From contig JYFJ02001400.1 of assembly GCA_000934665.2 (NCBI GenBank), positions 1 to 64,000 of the forward strand: DNA of 64,000 nucleotides, given 5' to 3'. How positions within the stretch are numbered: position 1 is the stretch's first letter; each line of letters starts with the position of its first letter. Both the position numbers and the translations under genes were made by a program. Under the pieces are notes generated by a model, which saw nothing but the letters and a program-made list of their open reading frames with translations, had not been told where the DNA came from and ran no database searches. This document shows, piece by piece, positions 27,235 to 38,999 of the stretch. The DNA is from Catajapyx aquilonaris (Eukaryota).

Positions 27235-27547
27235 GGATGGAGGATTTTCTCAAATTTTGTTGTACATTATTCAGGAGAAAATTGTAAGAGGACTCGAAGT
27301 CGTATGCAGTGACTTGATGTCCCTTCTGTTTTATTTATGCTGATGTGTAATGCTAATTACAGAAGTTTATTGGAAAATTGTTGTATTTTTATTTAAGGAT
27401 ATTGTTACAAGTTTGTGTTACTATTGGCTAAAAATTATTATGAGGGCAGATAAGGCAGGTGACTTGCACGTGAAATTAACAGATTACTGTTTTCAGCCAC
27501 ACTTTATTTTAAAACAAGTACTATCGATGCTGCATATATGAAACATA

Positions 27548-28926
27548 TCAAGCTGCACTCAACTTGGACAGACCCTTCTCCATCTGACGGCTCTCAAGTG
27601 TTCCTGTGATTCGTCCAGTGGCCACGGTGACATTGTTTTCCCTGATGGTGAGCTGCTGTCCCGGTTCCATTACCATCTTGTTAAGCAATGTCAATTTCAC
27701 TTCCGCATGATCACCAGGCATTATCATATCTACACCTTCCTTCATATCAATTCTGCATGCAATATTCCACGTACGACTAAACGCTTGCTGAATATACCCG
27801 GACCTAACAGGCTTACTCCTTCCGCCTTCGCCTTTACTTAAAAAGTAGACCTGAGCCTGAAAATGGTTGGACATTTTCTCACTCTTTGCAGCACACAGAA
27901 GCATACCTTTTCGGACCACTTCGAGTTTAACACCGCGCAGTAAAGCGCCCAAGTTCTCACCTGCAAGTGCTTCCGCAACTGACTTCTTGAACACCTGCAA
28001 GTCAGACACAGTTGTACGAATGTGTGTGTCAAACCCAAGCAACTCGGCCTCAGCGCCTTTGCGTAATGTCCCACGTTTCAAGGTTCCAATCACGACAGTA
28101 CCACGTCCCGGAACTGTAAATGCATTGTCTACTGGCAATAAGAAAGGAGACACAACGTCCCGTGTGGGCACTGGGACATAACTATCAACCACTTCTAACA
28201 GTCGCCTGATAGACGGTTCCCCAAACTCGGACGTGTCGCCCTGAAGTGCCAACAATCCAGAGCCATACACGACCGGGGTATCCAATCCATCAAATCCAAA
28301 GTCTCCCAACAGCTCCCGCATTTCAATCTCAACCAGCTCTCGCACCTCCGCATCAACCAGGTCGCACTTGTTGATGTACACAACAACTCGCTCGATCCCA
28401 ACCTGCAAAGTGTAACATTTAATCAGTGCAAGCAACGTTGGAGAAAGTGGCAACATACCTGTCGAGCAAGCAGAAGATGCTCACGAGTCTGCGGCATCTG
28501 CCCATCAGTAGCAGCCACAACTAGTATGGCAGCGTCCATCTGCGACGCTCCTGATATCATATTCTTCACGTAATCCGCATGTCCTGGACAGTCGGTGTGC
28601 GCGTAGTGCCTCTTACTGGTCGAGTACTGCACATGGGCAATGTTGATTGTAATTCCCCTGCTCTTTTCCTCAGGCGCTTTGTCTATTTCCTCAAAAGGCA
28701 CGTACTTTGAGCCTCCTTCCTTCTCCATCACCCTGGTTATGGCAGCAGTCAGAGTGGTCTTGCCGTGATCCACGTGTCCAATGGTCCCCACATTCACGTG
28801 TGGCTTGTCCGTCGCCACACACAGCATCCGCCGAGCCGATCTGGCCGCCTTCAGCTGACGCAGGACCCTCCCAAGGACCATTTTGTGCAGGCACATGCCC
28901 AAATTTTGCACGAAGGGAAGCGCCAT
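27548..28926 (-). CDS. mEFTu2: Mitochondrial elongation factor Tu, EF-Tu2-type paralog; 2 exons
   Basis: Exons 28926-28459 and 28402-27548 (56-nt intron). [30 protein letters not shown] and NKCD motifs; Arg-rich, acid-free N-terminal targeting peptide. The start could alternatively be Met at 28896 or 28881. Confidence 0.92.
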
Positions 28927-29732
28927 CTTGGATTTTTACGGATGGGCGCGTCCGAAACCAGAGAAGGCATTCTTTTGGATGCGCCCATCGGTAATTTACG
29001 TAATTTACTTAATTAAAGATTTTGAGCTTATTAATGTACACTCAAAAAACTCATGATAAGGTGCAAATTAAGCTTATCATTTAATTAGGCTTGTACTGAG
29101 ATTAAGGTGTTGCACTTGATCGCACTGGATAAAAAGTCTAATTTAAATTGTAGTACATACAGTACACCTCTGGTTTTATTTACTAACAGTAAGTACATAT
29201 GTGAAAAAAATATTGGCCAGATTAGGAATGCGGCAAAGGACATGATTGCCATGGGATTGCCGCTATGCATGTACAGTCGTTACTTTTTTACAGTTACTTC
29301 TCATTGAAAGATCAAGTACGTGCTTCTATGGGCCAAGAAAAATCAATGCATGCGTTCCATGGTATGAGGCCACTGTTGCACACTAGTGCATACATGAGGA
29401 ACAACAATGAAAAATACTACTTTCGGCACACATTTTTTCCACATACGGTGGACCTCATACCATTTCATAAGTCTCGGTCCATAGAATCACGCAGTGCACT
29501 CTTGTACTACGAAACACAACATAATATAATAATGAAATGGTCAAGTGAAAGCAACATGAACAATTTGCCACAGATGTATCTACGAATCTACCACTATACA
29601 CAAAAGGAATTACATAATGGGCAGAAAAATTTCAAATGAACACAAATTTGTAATTGGGCTGAGTCTTGTTACACAGCGAAAACTCACTTTGTGCTGACAA
29701 ATGACATTTCACTTTTTCTTATATCAATATTA

Positions 29733-30030
29733 GGGTGGCCTAGTGGCTATGCTACTGGCCAGCCAAGCGGGAGGTCTGGGGTTTAAATCCCGTCCCGGTC
29801 ACCTCTGCTTAGTTGGGTCTTTTCACCCAACATGTCTGGGCAGACTCGCACTCCCTACTCTGCCAGGGCCAGGAGAAAAGGGTCTGGTGCTCTGAGGGCC
29901 TGCAATCACTAGAAACTATTTAAGAGCGCCCTCCCTTGGGAACCTCCCCTTCCCCACACACCTGTGGACCAGGGCGTTGTGACGAAAACATAGGCATGTA
30001 TGTAAAAATTGCAATATTATTATTATTATA
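29733..30030 (+). mobile_element. tRNA-derived SINE with (TTA)n tail and TSD
   Basis: A box gtggcctagtgg at ~29735; degenerate B box ggtttaaatccc at ~29780; tattattattat tail. TSD ttatatcaatatta (29719-29732) versus ttatatcaatgtta (30031-30044). Confidence 0.75.
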
Positions 30031-30084
30031 TTATATCAATGTTAAGTCTATTTAATCCTGAATAATTTCAGACACGTTCCCTCC

Positions 30085-31653
30085 TTAACCATCTTCCTCA
30101 TCCTCATCCTCAATCCTAATCATATCAGAGGGTATAAACCAAAGAGAAACACCTTGTGCTTCTTGTAATTCTCTCAACTCATCCTTTTCATCTAAACTAA
30201 ACTGCTCATCCCAGGTGTCTCCAAGAAACTCCACATGTTCCAGCATCATGAATGTCTCTAATATCATCAAAATGCATGACTTGGTCAGATTACAGTTCCC
30301 TAATCCAAGTACTGTCAACATCTTGAGTTTATTCTGCTCAATCAAACGGTGTAGAAGAGCGTCATCAATATGCCTGCACTCAGTTAACCAAAGCTTTTTC
30401 AATTCTCGAGGTGAAGAAAGGAGGACGTAAATGTCATTTGCTGAACAAGTATCTTCACAGTGCCACATCTCCAAGATCTGCAGATTCTCAAAGTATGTGC
30501 TCGTCTGTGCACCGTATGCATATCTACTTGGCCTGACAATGCACTCGTGTATTTCAAGATGATTGAGATTAGGAAATCTTCGCCCAAATTCAATTATATC
30601 TACACCCTGGCACTCATAAAGAACCAGTTGCCTCATATTTGGGTACACGTCATTTCCAAGACGACCAGCAAAGGATGATTCGATAATCTCGAGTGTCAAG
30701 TTTGTCAGTCGAGATATGCAAGTTGGAACCAACTGGGAAAGCATCTGTGGTGTTAATAGTTTGATTTCCAATGTTTGTAAGTGCTGCAACTCATTTAAAC
30801 AGCTCAAATCATAATCATCAAAATTGCTGTACACAACTTTCAAGCTTTTCAAACAAGGAAAACATTGGTTTAGTATGAATAAGGAACTATTTTCAGGAGT
30901 TTCACATATTACGACTTCAAGCTCTCTCACCCTGTATGAATTGTCACACTGTCTCAAGAATTCATCCACATTTCTTAGAGCGAACTTCTCAATCTGAGGT
31001 AGCTTGTTCAGTACTTGCATGGCATTAGAAGTACTCATATTGTAATAGGTACTGTCTCTGAATTCAACGTTTCTTAAGCTACCACAATTTTCTGCCAATT
31101 TCAGGACATCTTCATCGGACAACTCTGCAGAAGAAGCATCCAGCTCCTCCAAATAAGGACAATGCTCGGTAACAGCAGCAATGACACCTGCAGTGACGAG
31201 GTTTCTCATCTGAAGCGACTCCAACTTCTTCAGCTTAGGTATGTGATGCAGAAGCACTTCTGAAGCACTTTCTACTTCCTGGGAGTCATTTGAAAAGCAA
31301 GGACATGAATTCAATGTGCAGAGTTCGGGCATCACGTCCAAGTTAGCCAGCACAAGCAGGCCCAACCGCGGGTGGTGATGGGCTGGAGCCAGATCAATCC
31401 TGGTGCAATCTGGATGAATCGCAGTACGCAGGCTGAACCCTGGGGGCCATCCAGGCGGCTGCTTCCTGCAGTACTCGATCAGCTGCAGCATGTAACCGTT
31501 GGCCAACACTGGCGGGATGCTCCGCACATACCGGCTCACAGCCTCTTCTTCTGACGGAGCAAGCACAAGCCGCTCACAGGCCTTCACAACATTCTCAACA
31601 ATTCTCCGCAGACACAGATGGAACATTGGAACTGCCACCATGGCTGACACCAT
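30085..31653 (-). CDS. Single-exon leucine-rich-repeat (RNI/AMN1-like) protein with an N-terminal BC-box-like motif, 522 aa
   Basis: Repeats such as CPYLEELDAS, CGSLRNVEF, FPCLKSLKV, FPNLNHLEI and LKKLWLTECRHIDD; N-terminal VPMFHLCLRRIV; acidic C-terminal tail. Confidence 0.85.
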   Translation of the reverse strand: MVSAMVAVPMFHLCLRRIVENVVKACERLVLAPSEEEAVSRYVRSIPPVLANGYMLQLIEYCRKQPPGWPPGFSLRTAIHPDCTRIDLAPAHHHPRLGLLVLANLDVMPELCTLNSCPCFSNDSQEVESASEVLLHHIPKLKKLESLQMRNLVTAGVIAAVTEHCPYLEELDASSAELSDEDVLKLAENCGSLRNVEFRDSTYYNMSTSNAMQVLNKLPQIEKFALRNVDEFLRQCDNSYRVRELEVVICETPENSSLFILNQCFPCLKSLKVVYSNFDDYDLSCLNELQHLQTLEIKLLTPQMLSQLVPTCISRLTNLTLEIIESSFAGRLGNDVYPNMRQLVLYECQGVDIIEFGRRFPNLNHLEIHECIVRPSRYAYGAQTSTYFENLQILEMWHCEDTCSANDIYVLLSSPRELKKLWLTECRHIDDALLHRLIEQNKLKMLTVLGLGNCNLTKSCILMILETFMMLEHVEFLGDTWDEQFSLDEKDELRELQEAQGVSLWFIPSDMIRIEDEDEEDG

Positions 31654-31799
31654 AATTGTACCGGATGATCAAATTACTGGTATGGCTTCCATGAACATCT
31701 AGGATCAGGCTGACAGTATTGCAATTACCTAATTACTTGTAATTACTGGATGCAAGCTGACAATCTGGCACAATCCTGTCTGGCATTTTTTTTTTTTAC

Positions 31800-31992
31800 A
31801 CAAGCAACCGGTTTTAAATTAATCAAAAACGACGCATGCGCTGAAAATTGGCGAATGAATGGGCTGCATCCGAATGGAAAAAGCGAATTCGGACGACGCC
31901 GGTCCGCCATGACAGTTTTCGAAGTGTTCGATCCGGTTCGATCAGTGTTCGATCGAAAAACCGGGTTTGGCGGACTTTTCCTGGTCTTTTAG
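31800..31992. promoter_or_regulatory. Bidirectional promoter LRR gene / PIGO, including the PIGO 5'UTR exon
   Basis: CpG-rich, with ccgccat at 31904 and three gttcgatc repeats at 31926-31953. Donor ag|gtacgt at 31993; acceptor at 32049. Confidence 0.55.
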
Positions 31993-32093
31993 GTACGTGA
32001 TTTTTTTGGATTGCCGGATATGTGGTCTCATGTTGTTTTTATTTTACAGGTTATGAGGGAGAAGTAGCGGTCTGATTCCCTCTTAGAAGAGAG

Positions 32094-35000
32094 ATGCCTG
32101 GTCCAAGGTGGAAGCTGGCCCTGTTGCTTTGCTGCTTGGGGTACTTCTACATTCTGGGGGCTGTCATCTTTGCCAGAGGATTTCTCCTGACTAGAACGGA
32201 GACTGGGGAGAAAGCGGCACGACCGTGGGTCAGTGGAGCACGGCCAAAGTTCAAACGGGCCGTTATCCTCATTGTGGATGCGCTAAAGTATGACTTTGCG
32301 CTTTGGGATGACACAACGACGGACGCTGCCCCGTACCGTAACAAGCTGACATCCATTCACAATGCGCTAGAAGATCACCCCAATAACTCCAGGCTATATC
32401 GATTCGTGGCTGATCCGCCAACTACCACCATGCAGCGGCTCAAAGCTCTGACTACCGGAAGCCTGCCAACTTTCGTGGATGCTGGGGACAACTTTGCTGG
32501 CTATGAAATTAAAGAAGATAACATCATAGACCAGATGAGAGACAATGGGAAGAGGATTGTGTTCTTGGGGGATGACACGTGGACGGGGCTGTTTCCAAGG
32601 AAGTTCGTGAGGTCTTTCCCATTTCCATCGTTTGACGTGTGGGACCTGGATACTGTGGATGATGGGGTGAAACGACAGCTGCGGAGGGAGATGGAGTCGA
32701 GCGAATGGGATGTGATTGTGGCACACTTCTTGGGGGTGGACCACTGCGGGCATCGGTACGGACCAAATCATCCAGAGATGGCCAGAAAGCTCACTGAGAT
32801 GAATGAAGTCATTAGGTGAGAAGGAATAAACGATTTCTTATTATTTTTGTAGTGAAAGGAGACCTGGTAAGATATGGGATTTGTGTTTTGATTTACGCGC
32901 TATTGTTTTTGGTGCAAAACGTTAATATTAGAATGGTGAAAGAAGTACCCTGTACAGTACTCCCAATTATCTGTGGTAAATAAGTTTAATGAAAATTACA
33001 TTTAGGCCTACAGTAGATTTTTAGTTTGCCATTCTGGATTAAGTCTGTTGTATTTCTTTGTTTGCAAGACTTGTAGACATTCTTTTGGACTTTTATTTCT
33101 AACTTTTGTTTTTTCACGATGCATAGATAATCCACATCTGGATAATCTGGAGTACAGTGTAGCTTGTCCATCAGACATATTTTTCAGTGTACAGGGTGTT
33201 TCAGAGTCACGTGTCAAGCGCTCGAAGGGGTGGGGAAAAATTGTAGGTGGCGACAACCCCGGTCGGTTTTATAAAACCATTAGAGATGCGGCAGTAATCA
33301 ATTTATTCATTACGGCCATACGGTATGACGTCACATCCTTTCTGTTCGAATTGACTGGCGCAGACTGGCAGGTGCAGTAGTGGGTTGAACCTGGTTGAAC
33401 GGCTTTTTAGCCTTGCGTATTGCACTGAAAAAGGCACTCTCCCGCTAATAAATACCAGCAGGGTACTGTACACACTACTGTACAGTAGTACACTACTTTG
33501 TACAGTACCCTCCTGGTATAGCATGAGAGCGCCTTTTTCAGTGCAACCCGCAAGGCTAAAAAGCCGTTCAACCAGGTTCAACCCACTGCACCTGCCTGCC
33601 AGTCTGCGCCAGTCAATTCGAACAGAAAGGATGTGATGTCACGCCTTAATAAAATAATCGATTACTCCTATATTTCTGATTGTTTTATAAAACTGACTGG
33701 GGTTGTTGCCACCTGAGATTTTTCCCCACCCCCTCGCGCGTGCTTGACCTGTGACTCTGAAACACCCTGTATTTTTGCATAATTATATGAAAGCTCGGAT
33801 CATAATAATGACAACTTTTCTGAATATGTTAATTACATATCTGCTGTACAGGCATGGAGGACATTCCCAGCAGTCCACATGCCTCGAGATTTCTTTATTG
33901 GATAACAGCAAAACTACACAGTTCTGATCAATAATGCATGAGAAGGTAGAGGTACTAGGATTTTGGCAGACATTTTTCTAGATACAATTCTCCTTTACAG
34001 GTACATCATGCAGAAAATTGAGAAGGACACAGTTTTGTTAGTCCTTGGGGATCATGGAATGACTCGCACTGGTGACCATGGTGGTGACAGTGATGATGAA
34101 GTCTCCGCTGCCCTCTTTGTGTACAGCCCAGTTGTTCCACTAATTGAACAGCCACCTTTTGACCCAAATGTGATCCCACAGGTTGATTTTGTTCCAACCT
34201 TATGCATTCTGCTAGGTATACCTGTACCTATTCCAAGCCTTGGAGTTGTGTTGTTGGATCTCGTGCTACCAGTAAATGGGGATCCTGTGCAGTATGGCAC
34301 CAACCTACTGATGCAGAATGTGAAGCATGTGGAGCACTACATCTCAAGTTATTTTGAGGCATATGGGCAGTTTTCAGTCAGTGACATGAGACACATGGAT
34401 AGAATGACTGCCGTGATAAGAGTTATGGCAGATGATGTGACAGATCTCAAACAATTTGTAAGTTTTGTACCATATGTGCGGCGCTACTTCCAAGCTGTGC
34501 GTGATATGTGCGCATCTGTATGGGTGCGATTTGATATGCCAAAGATGGAGGTTGGATTGATGTTGGTTGTCACAACGACTCTGCTGTCAGCAGGATTTGG
34601 GGCTGTGACACGGATTTGGACTGGCTCATTATTTGCAGCTACAATGCTGACAGTTGTTGGCTCTGCAGCAGCCATGCTGTACAGTCAAGAATTTGAGCTA
34701 TATGTTGGGATAGCAGGAGTTAAAATGGTAACAGTGTTAGTGGTAGCGGCTGTACTTAAAGCAAGACCATCTATTGCATTGCCAAACTGGACCACAGTTG
34801 CTGTTTCAAGTGTCACCTGTGTGTCATTATTTGGCCTGTTTTCTAACAGCTATGTTGTAGAAGAGGCAAGTGTGTTGAGTTACACTGCACTCACGTGCAT
34901 CTGGATACAATGTTGGAGCCTCCGAACAACTGTCGACTTTGCCAAGGGACGTTCACGTTTCTCACGTCATAAGACCTATGCTCTCGTCACACTTCTGATT

Positions 35001-36618
35001 CTTACGGCGCTGGTACGTGCTTCCCATCTCTTTTGGCGCTGCCGTGAAGAACAGCCATGGTGTGAGCCATCGGATTTTCACAGGCCACTCTCAGCAATAC
35101 CGCAAGTGAGACACACCTACAAGAGCTGGCGCTACTTCTTTACACTTACAACCTTAGCTGCATGTGTCACATTACATCGCATGTGGTGGCGTGGAAGTGG
35201 AAATCTCAATGGGTACAGTGCCGTTGTGATTGTTGCACGGTACTCCTGTGGTACTGCTGTTGTTCTGATGTCAGCGTACTGGGCAATGACTGGTTTCCAT
35301 GAGCGAGCTTGGCACGCCCGTGCCTTTGCTCAAGCTGCTGCAGCTATATTGGCATTGTCTGGCTTCATTGCTGTGGTGCAGCCACTGTGTGTGTATGTAC
35401 TTAGAGAAAGTGCTGTTGATGCCAGTGTGCCATCAGTGTATTCATACCTGAAAGCGAACTGGGGGCAGCAACGTAACAAAACACCAATTGTGTATGGACT
35501 TTCCTCAGTGTGCAGTACAGTGTTATCTCTCGCTGCTGTGCTTACAACTCTGGCCCTGTGCATGGTGCTGGGTGATGGTATGGCAATGGCTGGTGTGGCA
35601 ATGCTTGCAACTCTGATGACCTATGTAATGCTCTCAGCAGTAATACGGATGGAGAAGAGTGTTGCATTGCCCGATGTTTTCAATGTCCCATGGTCAGTAG
35701 TTATTAGCTACTCACTACTTTCATGGTACTTCTTTTATGGCACTGGTCACCAACCAACATTCCCCACCATACCATGGGAGGCTGCTGTAGTGGCCCCAAC
35801 ATCAGCTCTGACTCGTGCACTAGCAGCAATGTGCGTGTCGGTGCACCTGCATGCAGCCCAAGTCCTGTTTGGATTCTGCCTACCACTTTTACTTGTGGCA
35901 CCGTCAGCTATTCACGTGATGTGTCCACATCTTGGCTACTCAGAGAGTCTGCTGTCCCAAGTAGGAGCTGCCCATGTGCGAAAGGGGGAAGTGTTCCTCT
36001 TGTGGGAGAGAGAAGGATGCCTTGGTGGATGGGGCAGCGCAGCAGGGAAGTATCTTGCTTGCCATGGTATCAAGGTGGGTGCAGAGAATGAATTGCATTC
36101 CTTTATTATTTGGAATAATATGATATGAAATGTATGGACTAATCCCCCTTCTTGTTTCATAACCTGTAGTCTCTTTCTAACTCATGTTTTGCTCTATTCC
36201 ATAAGTAATTATGAGAAGGTGCTATTTCCGTTTAAAAATAGGTAGTGCCATTAAATTAGCAAATTTTTTTCATGTATGCACAATTTGTAGGCCAACCTGA
36301 GTGTTGCCATGAAAGTGGATCACCCTTCACAATAGGCTCCTTTGAACAGTCCCTATGAAATTAATATGAATGATGAATCTTCCACAGTTGTTATGTTCGA
36401 TGGCCGCTGCAACACTTCACAGGCGTCATCTCATGGTGTGGAAGATTTTTGCTCCCCGCTTTGTCTTTGAGGCTGTGTCCATGATGGTGGCAGTGCCAGC
36501 AGTTCTTCTGGGCATTCTTCTTGCCTTCAGGGTATCAAGTGCCTTGGAGAAGTTCATGCTGAGTCTGCAGGTCAGCAGTGGAAGTAGAAATTCCCAAGCA
36601 GAAGACATTGAAGACTAG
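32094..36618 (+). CDS. PIGO: GPI ethanolamine phosphate transferase 3 (PIG-O), ~1008 aa, 3 coding exons
   Basis: Exons 32094-32815, 34001-36074 and 36388-36618. Motifs GFLLTR, IVDALKYDF, ADPPTTTMQRLKALTTGSLPTFVDAG, HFLGVDHCGHRYGP, GDHGMT..GDHGGDS, FSNSYVVEE, FFYGTGHQPTF and LHRRHLMVWKIFAPRFVFE. Confidence 0.96.
32953..33160 (-). mobile_element. pogo/Tigger-like MITE
   Basis: ta-cagtactcccaattatctg at one end and ggataatctggagtacagtg-ta at the other. Similar to 54226-54480. Confidence 0.6.
33192..33769. mobile_element. Tc1/mariner-type foldback MITE (578 bp, near-complete palindrome) in PIGO intron 1
   Basis: TA|cagggtgtttcagagtcac ... gtgactctgaaacaccctg|TA. The arms are complementary along almost their whole length, up to a centre near 33480. 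Confidence 0.9.
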
Positions 36619-38999
36619 ATATGCCCATCTGCCAGTGCCATCCAATATTGTAGTCAGTTTCCCAGGTTGTAGATATTTTGTCTCTGAGTGCAATTGTCAA
36701 GTTATCACTTTATTACAATCATGATTGTTTTTAATTTTGATTTTTTAAATCAATTAAACTCCCTCTACTCAGTTGTCTTCATTGCAGGGAAAAAAAGGGT
36801 TCAGTCACTCATTGGTCATTTTTATTGGATTTGCTAATGCTTAACACTAGTCCAAGGAAGGATCTTTCCGGAGGAAAATCAAAATAAATTGGTGTGATAT
36901 GGTCTGGTTTCATTATCATGATTCATAAAGATCTCCAACCAGGCAAGTCATCTGTTGTATCATTGTTGTAGCCCATGACTGACATTGCAATTGAACCCCA
37001 AGGAATCAGTAAGAAATCGTTCTTAAGCTTGATGGTCTACACGCTACCCCCAGAAAAGTTTTCTAGGATGCGTAGGTCACCATATGAGAGATTCTGATTT
37101 GAAAGAAATTTTAGAGAACACCATATGATTCTACATTTCGAGTGAAAGGACTGTCCTTCTTGAGTTCGTATATCACTTCCTCTTGATTCATTTGCATTGT
37201 TTAGTCCCTCACTTCCTTTGTTTCGTAACGTCACTGTATACATTCGTCAGATAGGTCCTTTTCACAAAGGGCACACTTTGAATTACTACATGATGGTCAT
37301 TCATCATAATTAGATTGGATCACAATAATTAGCACCAGAACCAATAAAAGAAACCATCAAAATGGAAACAAATAAATATGAAACAAATTGCTTATATATG
37401 ATTCAGAACGAGACCCCAACAAATATGTCATATGTCTTTCTCATGCTTCGAATATGAAAACGGTTGTTTAAACTGCTTATATTTTCAACTACAGTGAACT
37501 TGTGCATAGAGGAATCACATGGGGCCCCTGAAATTTCCCATAATGGACCGGTTCCCGTTATGTTCGACACCGTATTTTTCAAGAAATCTTTACAGAAATT
37601 TTGCCTGTTAAAAAGAAAAGGACAGGGGGAGGCAGACCAACTAGCATATTATGAGACACATGGTGTCGGAAAGTCCACAAAAGGCTGACTCAGAGGCCTG
37701 GGTGTCTGGCTCAAAAGTGAACCTGCTGGAGCTTCTGTTTTTGTAACAGTGCGCAGTGGCTGGGAAGAGATGATTTCCGTTATGAGCAGGGATTTTCTGT
37801 TTAGGGAGACAAAATATCTGTCTCGTTTCCGCGTTTGGCAGGTTTCATTATTCCGTCAAAAATACATTGCATGCCCTATTTTTTTAAAATCCTACATCTA
37901 ACTCTAACCCCTGTATATAAACAGGAAATAAATAAAAGGGGCTTCTGTTATGGCAACCTGCGGACACAAGTGAAACATTCTCTCTCTCCAGGAAGTTGAC
38001 CTTGTCCTGCCACAAGTCACAACCTTTGGTGAATGAACTTTAATCCATACTAGTGTCTGTCAAAACCATTTGTATATAAAACTACAATGACTATCATAAA
38101 GTACAGAGGCAAAAGCGTCGTCCACAAAAAGGTGCTCACTGGTCCATGGACCACTGTGCCCCTGATGGAAGCAACTGACATGATGTTATGAATCGTAGCT
38201 TCCATTGCAAATGACGCTTTCAAAATTTCTAGCACCAACATTTTTACATCAGGGTCATGATGCCCAGGCATCTACGCCTGACATGGCATTTCAACTGTGG
38301 GTTAGAAGTTATAATTACTTCACTACCCTTCAAATAGATTTAACCCTGATACAGCAGGATCGCAGGTATCTCACAGGTGGCTGTCATGTTGGCAAGAAGC
38401 ACAACAGTGACCTGTTTCACGAGATACCAGATGAAGACATTATTCCGGTTTCTTATATTTTTAAAATGGAAAGGACCACTGTGCCCAGGTCTCCCCTAAT
38501 GTAAGAGGTGCGGAAAGCCGGAAACAATATTGTTGTGAAATCTTGACACCCAAACTTTCCCATGTTTCATGCCCAGCATTTGCAGTTGTTAGACGGGACC
38601 GGGGGGAGGGGACAAGAGGAACCCTTAAAATGACAATAAATATTCATGGAGCGAGCGAAGTGGGGGGATTTGGACAGTTACAGCTACTGGTGTTTGGGAA
38701 GTGTTTTTTTTTGGTACGTGCGTGCATGCAGTTAGGTGATTTTGTATAATGCAATGATTGTTTATCCAATAACAATGAATCATTACTAGTTAAGGGAGAT
38801 TGAGTCCCTCTCCCTCTCCCTCCCTGCCTTTTTTTCCCAGTGCCGCATCATTATTTTTTTATTCTCTCATTCTTCGTTCCCTTCGTTTAAAAAAAAATAA
38901 TGTCCCCTTGGCACGAATTTCCAGGAAATTACGAGTATTTGTTGCATTTTCGTCATGGCAGGGCAAACAGGGACGACTTTCCCCTCCACCTGTCACCTG

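Noticed and set aside
13570..31653. Functional ubiquitin gene cluster (DET1, RNF126, BC-box LRR)
   Set aside because: The genes are interspersed with unrelated housekeeping genes, and E3 components are common enough for this to be chance.
33303..33636. Twin ORFs MNLVERLFSLA on opposite strands
   Set aside because: They are an artefact of the palindromic MITE.
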